Below are positions 58,352 to 64,000 of a stretch of 64,000 nt of DNA, piece after piece; positions within the stretch are counted from its first letter, which is position 1, and each line of letters opens with the position of its first letter. The notes below the pieces were generated by a model. The model was not told where the DNA came from, ran no database searches, and worked only from the letters and a program-made list of their open reading frames with translations. Made by a program: the position numbers and the translations under genes. Source of the DNA: Candidatus Yanofskybacteria bacterium (GTDB taxonomy: Bacteria > Patescibacteriota > Minisyncoccia > 2-02-FULL-40-12 > GWA2-44-9); assembly GCA_016185505.1 (NCBI GenBank), contig JACPNL010000019.1, positions 2,885 through 66,884 on the forward strand, in the 5' to 3' direction.

Positions 58352-59730
58352 TGACTAAAACATTGCGTCTTTCATTTGTTTCCTATCTCCTAATTCCTAT
58401 CTCCTGTTTCCTGCTTTTGTCCGGTTGCGCCGGCAAAAAGATCAAAATAGACCCGAGTAACCCCGTTTATGGGCCAAAGAACGATTTTGAACGAGATTAC
58501 GGTTTCTTTATTACTCCGGATGAGAAGAAAAACGGTTATGCCGCGGGGTTTTGCCTCGGGTTGGCGAGACCGGAAACGATTCAACCGTTTAATGAAATTG
58601 ACACACTGGCAGAGTTTCGCAAGTTTGAAAAATGCTTCTGGGATATACGGGATACTAATACGCAAACTTCGCAGAATGAATTTAAGGTGTTGATCGACGG
58701 CCGACTCAAAGATATCGAAAACGAGATCTTTGCTTCTGATATTGATATTCCGGGTACGCGTTTTCAGGGTCCCAGCGGCGGCCTGAAGGGGGACTTGGCC
58801 CATGTTTATCTGCTCTGGGGCGCGCCTGCGCCGGGCAATAAAGCAAAATTGAATAAGGGCAGTTATCATACCGAATTGACGGTTTGGTATTATTTTTTCA
58901 ACAACAGGGTTTTATTCAGTTTTCTCTTCTATAATGATCATGGCCGAGTCCGGTTGTTTAAGGAATATGGGGCCTTGTTTGGGCTGGATCTTTTTGATCC
59001 GCTGGCTTCTCCTTTGCGATTGATCGGCAATCGGCCGGCTAATACACGGGAAGAGATGATGGAGATTTGGAATGAACTTGAATATAATGATCCGGAAGAA
59101 ATATTTAGAAACGCTTTGTTTAGATTCTCGTCCTACAAGGACTGGGTGGTTGAGAACGGAAACGGCAAAGACAAATTTGGGGCTATTGATCCTCCCATAC
59201 CGATAATGCTGGCCGCGAAACGGTTTAGGCCAACAATTTTAGGTCAGCCGAATATCCCCGAAGGAACGGAGTTGTTCGAAAACGGGTATCACTCGTTTAT
59301 TCCGGTAGATCTCCAGATCGCCGCCGATCCGATCGGGGGCAGACCTTCTTTCTCGTTTACGGTGGCTTATGCCGACCTGGACTGGGAGGTTAAAGATAAA
59401 ACAGCCGAAGCGGTTCTGAATGTCAGGATCAGTTTTCAAAATAAGAAAACCCGAGCTCTGGATGAATTTGAAACCAGGGTAGTATTTAAGGGGCCGCGGC
59501 AAGCCGTTGAGTCCTTGATTCGCGGAAAGAATCCCAAAACAGGCGAACCAAATTCCAGAACAGTTGATCTGAATGGGATGATGAATTTTGCGGCCGGTAA
59601 GGATCAAGCCACTCTGCGCCAGTTGATCGATGGATTTGAACAGAGCGAGTATGTGGTCAATATCTACTTCCAGCACACTCTCACTAAGAAATACAATACT
59701 TGGCGAGAAGAGATAGAAATTAAGAAATAG
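58351..59730 (+). CDS. Hypothetical lipoprotein
   Basis: Signal peptide plus lipobox LLSGCAG; 459 aa. Start overlaps the previous stop (ATGA). Followed by the terminator GAAATTCCCTGCGGGGAATTTTTT at 59756-59782. Confidence 0.5.
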   Translation: MTKTLRLSFVSYLLIPISCFLLLSGCAGKKIKIDPSNPVYGPKNDFERDYGFFITPDEKKNGYAAGFCLGLARPETIQPFNEIDTLAEFRKFEKCFWDIRDTNTQTSQNEFKVLIDGRLKDIENEIFASDIDIPGTRFQGPSGGLKGDLAHVYLLWGAPAPGNKAKLNKGSYHTELTVWYYFFNNRVLFSFLFYNDHGRVRLFKEYGALFGLDLFDPLASPLRLIGNRPANTREEMMEIWNELEYNDPEEIFRNALFRFSSYKDWVVENGNGKDKFGAIDPPIPIMLAAKRFRPTILGQPNIPEGTELFENGYHSFIPVDLQIAADPIGGRPSFSFTVAYADLDWEVKDKTAEAVLNVRISFQNKKTRALDEFETRVVFKGPRQAVESLIRGKNPKTGEPNSRTVDLNGMMNFAAGKDQATLRQLIDGFEQSEYVVNIYFQHTLTKKYNTWREEIEIKK

Positions 59731-59884
59731 AGAAATTTAGATATTAAGATATTAAGAAATTCCCTGCGGGGAATTTTTTCTGGACATTTTTTATGCATTG
59801 GTATATAATTGAATAACATTTAAATATTCAGGCATCTCAAAGGGACCAAAAGTCCTTTATAATAAATACTTTCTTAAGTATTAG

Positions 59885-59913
59885 TATATTCGCACAAATT
59901 CGTAATTCGTAGA
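59885..59913. repeat. TACGAAT-family repeat immediately upstream of dnaG
   Basis: GTATATTCGCACAAATTCGTAATTCGTAG. Confidence 0.45.
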
Positions 59914-59914
59914 T

Positions 59915-61968
59915 ATGGATAATGTTTCTAAAATTAAGGATCGCTTAAGCGTGGTTGATGTCATTTCCGGGTACCTGAAACTCCAAAAAGCCGGAGCGAA
60001 TTTCAAGGCCTCTTGTCCTTTTCACAACGAAAAAACGCCATCGTTTTTCATATCTCCCGAACGCCAGACGTGGAAGTGTTTTGGTTGTTCCAAGGGTGGT
60101 TCGATCTTCGATTTTGTAATGGAGATGGAGGGGGTTGAGTTTCCCGAGGCATTGAGAATACTTGCCGCAAAGGCAGGCATAGAACTGGAAAAGTTTGACT
60201 CTACCATCAAGGACTCAAAAGATCGCCTCTATCAAATATGCGAGTCATCAGCCCGGTTTTTCGAAAAGCAATTAAGCTATTCCGGCGCGGGCCGACGAGC
60301 TATTGAATATTTGAAAAGCAGAGGGCTCCAGGAGACAACGATGGCAAAATTCCGTCTTGGGTTCGCGCCCGATACATGGGATGCATTGAGCGGATATTTA
60401 CGCAATTCTGGTTTTACTGAAAAAGAGATAGTGGATGCGGGAGTAGTGGTCAAAAGACAACCAACAACCAACAACCAACAACAGGGATCTACGACAGGTT
60501 TCGTTCGCGCATAATGTTTCCTGTTTCGGATGCTAACGGCAGGGTTGTGGGGTTCACTGGCCGCATCTTTGAAGACAAGGTCCCGACGCGCGAAGTGGTC
60601 GGGACCCCGACTTCTGATTTTGATCAAGCCACAAAGGGGCTCGACAACAGTCAGAGCGTCGTGGCCAAATATATCAATACCCCGCAGACGCTTATCTATG
60701 ACAAAAGCAGGATACTTTACGGCCTTGACCATTCCCGAACCGACATCAGAAAAAAGGATAAATGTCTTCTTGTAGAAGGCAATATGGACGCCATCATGTC
60801 TTATCAGGCTGGTGTGACGCACGTGGTTGCTTCATCGGGAACCGCTCTTACGCCGATGCATCTTGCCATCCTGAAAAGATTTACTAACAATCTGGACTTC
60901 TGCTTTGATACGGATTCTGCCGGAGTGATGGCGACCAAAAGGGGTATAGCAATAGCGCTCGGACAGGATTTTAACGTCAAGGCGGTCTCACTTGACGACC
61001 CCGTAAAATCGTCTAAAGACGATCACGGGGCAAGATGCAAGGACCCCGCTGATTATATTCAGAGGTACGGAAGCAACCTCGCCGCTTCGGGTCCCGGAGT
61101 GGGATCCCAAGCACTCCTTGGGAACTCTGTCGGGGCAAGCTGGATAGAAGTGGTTGAAAAAGCGAAGCCGGTCGTGGAATTCTACTTTGATAAAGCCAAA
61201 GAAAGTTATAATCCCGAATCGGCGGAAAGTAAAAAGAATGTCATCTTGACCGTTGCTCCTTTCGTCAAGCGGCTTGTCAGCAACGTGGAGAGAACTCACT
61301 GGGTGAACCAGTTGGCGTATCTGCTTCGTGTGAAAGAAGAGGCCGTTGAGGCAGATATAAGGGATGCTCCTGATATTGATGTTGGCTATGTTGGAAGTGT
61401 TCGAAACGTTGGAAATGACAACTCGAACAACTCGAACAAGCCAGCAGGCGATCAAACAAGCGAAGCAGGGTACAGTCCTGTACCCCGCGAAGCGGTCGAA
61501 CAAGTGTTGAACGAGGCTCTATTATCCCTTGTTGTTAAAAAACCGGTATTATTCAAACAAGAAATCATGACGCTTGATAAAAGTTTTTTAAACCCGTTGG
61601 CATCACAAGTTCTTGATGAGTTGGCGAAGGAAGACCTGGAGCAATTCAATTTCAGCAATTTCATAAAAAAATTCGATTCGGATCCCGAACAACAGCAAGT
61701 TGTATACGGGGCAGGTAAAACACTTGATGTAGAATTTGTTTATCTAAGATCGCAAGCATTGTGGGACGATTTCAAAGATGACGAACTTAAAATGGAATTT
61801 AAAAATATATTCAATAAATTAAAACAAAAAACGATCCATTTGCGTCTTGCCGATCTCGGGTACGAAATGAGAGCGGCAGAAGCGGTTGGAGATAGAGCAA
61901 AGATAGGCGAACTCGCGTCGGTGTTTAATAAGTTGGCGGGGGAGTTGGCGGAGATACACAAAATTTAA
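59915..61968 (+). CDS. dnaG: DNA primase DnaG, split into two ORFs by an apparent frameshift inside a CAACCAA repeat
   Basis: ORF 59915-60514 gives the CHC2 zinc finger (CPFHNEKTPSF...WKCFGC). ORF 60514-61968 gives TOPRIM (LLVEGNMDAIMSYQAG) and the C-domain. The conserved IYDRFRSRIMFPVSD motif reads through from frame 1 at 60487, so the shift lies within CAACCAACAACCAACAACCAACAACAG (60457-60486). Confidence 0.7.
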
Positions 61969-62075
61969 ATCAAATATCAAATATCAAAAATCAAAACGAC
62001 AAATCAAAATTCAAAATTTCTAATCTTTCATATGTATTTCTAATCTTTGATATTTAATTTTTAATTTATATAATC

Positions 62076-63332
62076 ATGTCTAAATCAAAAAAACATCATA
62101 AAAAAAGGAGTGTCAAAAAGTTGATAAAGAGGAGAACGTCCCGGCCGAAAAAAATTACCAAGAAAGTCAAAAAGGCTAAAGCCAAAGGAACCCATCCTTC
62201 GCTAAAGCTACGGAGGGCAAAGAAAAAGTCGGGAGCAAAAAAAGCAGGCGCAAAACTCGGCGAGAGCGCCATTTTGGCTTTGATAGAGAAGGGGAAACAT
62301 CGGGGCTTCGTTACACAGTCCGAGGTTTTGAATTCTTTTCCCGAGGTTGAGAGAGATATCAAGGGCCTTGAGATGTTGTACGAACGGCTTGAGTCGTCGA
62401 ATATCAATATCATAGAATCAGGCAAGGTTTTTGAAGAAGAAAAGACCAAAGAATATGAGGAAAAGAAAAAGATACAAGAAGAGTTCGGCGAATCAGCGGT
62501 ATCTGATTCGGTCCAGATGTATCTTAAAGAAATAGGCCAGTATCCTTTGCTGACCGGAGACGAAGAAGTGGAATTAGCCAAAAGAATAGCGAAGGACGAT
62601 GAGGCGGCCAGGCAGCGTTTGGCGGTATCCAATTTGCGCCTCGTCGTATCAATAGCGAAAAAATACGTCGGCCGCTCGGCAAATCTGACCTTGCTGGATT
62701 TGATACAAGAAGGGAACATAGGCCTGTTCAAAGCGGTTGAAAAATTTGATTACAAAAAGGGCTTCAAATTCTCGACTTACGCGACCTGGTGGATACGCCA
62801 AGCCATAACCCGCGCTCTTGCCGATCAGGGCAGGACCATCCGCATTCCTGTGCATATGGTGGAGACGATAAACAAATACCAGCAGGTGGTGCGTCGGCTT
62901 GTGCAGGATTTAGGCCGAGACCCGCTTCCGGAGGAAGTAGCTTCGGAAATGGGCGTTGAAGTGGAGAAGATCAGGCATATTCAGAAGATATCGCAAGAAA
63001 CGGTCTCGCTTGAAGCGCCGGTAGGGGAGGACGATGACAGCGATAGCGCGCTGGAAAGTTTTATCCCCGATGAGGATACCATTTCTCCTTCAACTTCAGC
63101 CGCGAGGAAAATCCTCAAAACATATTTGAATGAAATAATCAGTGATCTGACTCCGAGGGAGCAGAAGATACTTGATATGCGATTTGGCCTCGGCGATGGC
63201 GTGACCCACACCCTTGAAGAAGTGGGCAAGGTTTTTGTTGTCACCCGCGAGCGTATCAGGCAGATAGAAGCCAAGGCGCTTGAGAAGATTCGCCAGCATA
63301 CCAAACTCGGAAAACTCAAGGGATACGAATAA
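62076..63332 (+). CDS. rpoD: RNA polymerase sigma factor RpoD (sigma-70) with a Lys-rich N-terminal extension
   Basis: Regions 1.2-4 conserved ([40 protein letters not shown]; C-terminal HTH). The first ~60 aa are KKxK-rich and histone-H1-like. Confidence 0.9.
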   Translation: MSKSKKHHKKRSVKKLIKRRTSRPKKITKKVKKAKAKGTHPSLKLRRAKKKSGAKKAGAKLGESAILALIEKGKHRGFVTQSEVLNSFPEVERDIKGLEMLYERLESSNINIIESGKVFEEEKTKEYEEKKKIQEEFGESAVSDSVQMYLKEIGQYPLLTGDEEVELAKRIAKDDEAARQRLAVSNLRLVVSIAKKYVGRSANLTLLDLIQEGNIGLFKAVEKFDYKKGFKFSTYATWWIRQAITRALADQGRTIRIPVHMVETINKYQQVVRRLVQDLGRDPLPEEVASEMGVEVEKIRHIQKISQETVSLEAPVGEDDDSDSALESFIPDEDTISPSTSAARKILKTYLNEIISDLTPREQKILDMRFGLGDGVTHTLEEVGKVFVVTRERIRQIEAKALEKIRQHTKLGKLKGYE

Positions 63333-63367
63333 AAATCAGCCCCGATTGGGGCTGATTTTATTTTTGG
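63333..63367. terminator. Bidirectional hairpin terminator between convergent rpoD and mscS
   Basis: AAAATCAGCCCCGATTGGGGCTGATTTTATTTTT. Confidence 0.5.
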
Positions 63368-64000
63368 TGTATTACTCTCTGTGGAAACGGTATCTCTATG
63401 CCGTTTTTGTCGAAGGCGATTTTGAGGCGCTTTCGCAGTTCGCCGGTGACGTCCCACTGTTTGATGGGTTTGGTCTCGCCGAGTATCTTAATGATTATCG
63501 CCGAGTCGGCGAAGTCGTCTACGCGCAGGAATTGCGGGGGTTTGGTTATCATATCGCGCCATTCCGGGTCTTGAGCCAGTTCGTTGCCGACCTCGTTCAC
63601 GACTCTGATAACTTTTTCCAGATCGGAATCGTAGGCGACGCCGACGTTCAGATTCACTCTAGCTATATATTTGGACAGGTTGGAAACGCGGGTAATGGAG
63701 CCGTGGGGGACATGGTGAACCGTGCCGTCCAGGTCTCGCAAGGTGGTCATTCGAAGAGAGATATCTTCCACCAATCCGCAAGTGCCGTCAAAGCATGCCA
63801 CATCATTAACACGGTACTGATTCTCCATTATTATAAACAGTCCGGATATCAAGTCCTTTATCAAATACTGTCCGCCGAACCCGAAAGCTAGGCCGGCGAT
63901 GGCGGCGGCGGCGACCAGCGGGCCGGTGTCTATGCCTAGTTCGGATAGAACCATCATCAGGGTTACTATAATTATGACAACATGAATAAGCCGCCGGATG
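63358..64000 (-). CDS. mscS: Small-conductance mechanosensitive channel (MscS family), C-terminal part; gene continues past the window edge
   Basis: MscS beta-domain homology (...GTVHHVPHGSITRVSNLSKYIARVNLNVGVAYDSDLEKV...) with TM3 at the window edge. Confidence 0.75.
   Translation of the reverse strand, partial: IRRLIHVVIIIVTLMMVLSELGIDTGPLVAAAAIAGLAFGFGGQYLIKDLISGLFIIMENQYRVNDVACFDGTCGLVEDISLRMTTLRDLDGTVHHVPHGSITRVSNLSKYIARVNLNVGVAYDSDLEKVIRVVNEVGNELAQDPEWRDMITKPPQFLRVDDFADSAIIIKILGETKPIKQWDVTGELRKRLKIAFDKNGIEIPFPQRVIHQK

Overview
This 64 kb window has the gene content and architecture of a small-genome, probably CPR-like (Candidate Phyla Radiation) bacterium. That lineage call is an inference: it rests on an rRNA operon riddled with group I introns, an AT-rich genome with GC-rich RNA genes, weak or absent Shine-Dalgarno sites, and the presence of RNase J.

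The window opens inside the 3' third of a 23S rRNA gene. That gene is interrupted by at least four group I introns, with a fifth upstream intron partly in the window. Three of the four complete introns carry a LAGLIDADG homing-endonuclease ORF; the partial upstream one contributes a fourth ORF remnant at positions 1-84. A 5S rRNA follows, flanked by processing inverted repeats and by a partial 5S-like duplicate that contains a hairpin insertion.

The rest of the window is mostly conserved housekeeping genes:
- ftsW, rpoB, rpoC, ftsK, recA, ssb, rpsF, ychF, a PMM/PGM-family mutase and trpS;
- RNase J, an SIS-domain sugar isomerase, an OppA-like solute-binding protein, secG and a uvrC-like gene;
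- groES-groEL, pyrG, an FAD-dependent oxidoreductase, lemA, htpX, a RelE/ParE toxin-antitoxin pair, dnaG-rpoD and mscS;
- tRNA-Leu(CAG) and tRNA-Ser(GGA).

The accessory or unusual content is as follows:
- An Avd-like four-helix-bundle gene flanked by ATATCGAAAT palindromes. It is followed by a promoter-driven, GC-rich, protein-free block of about 780 nt that appears to hold three structured RNAs in tandem: a roughly 140-nt small RNA with its own terminator, a divergent RNase P RNA candidate, and a non-canonical tRNA-like element. The block ends in a strong terminator.
- A Bat-like cluster: MoxR ATPase, a DUF58 protein, a BatD-like protein, three vWA-domain membrane proteins, a nucleotidyltransferase-motif protein and two secreted serine-protease-like proteins.
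- A 1026-aa exported fusion protein with an HExxH zincin-like segment, a TolB-like beta-propeller and a C-terminal Omp85/BamA-like motif, followed by two secreted proteins of unknown function.
- A two-gene islet, one gene being a wHTH plus Cas2/VapD-like fold protein, flanked by two nearly identical perfect palindromes of 34 and 42 bp.
- Several families of short AT-rich palindromic or tandem repeat elements that recur in intergenic regions and in an rRNA intron, and that also sit in frame inside conserved genes (uvrC, pyrG, the PMM/PGM-family mutase). This resembles Rickettsia palindromic elements (RPEs).
- One such repeat (CAACCAA) coincides with an apparent frameshift that splits dnaG.

No CRISPR array was found. 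One promoter-less gene island lies between trpS and rnj.
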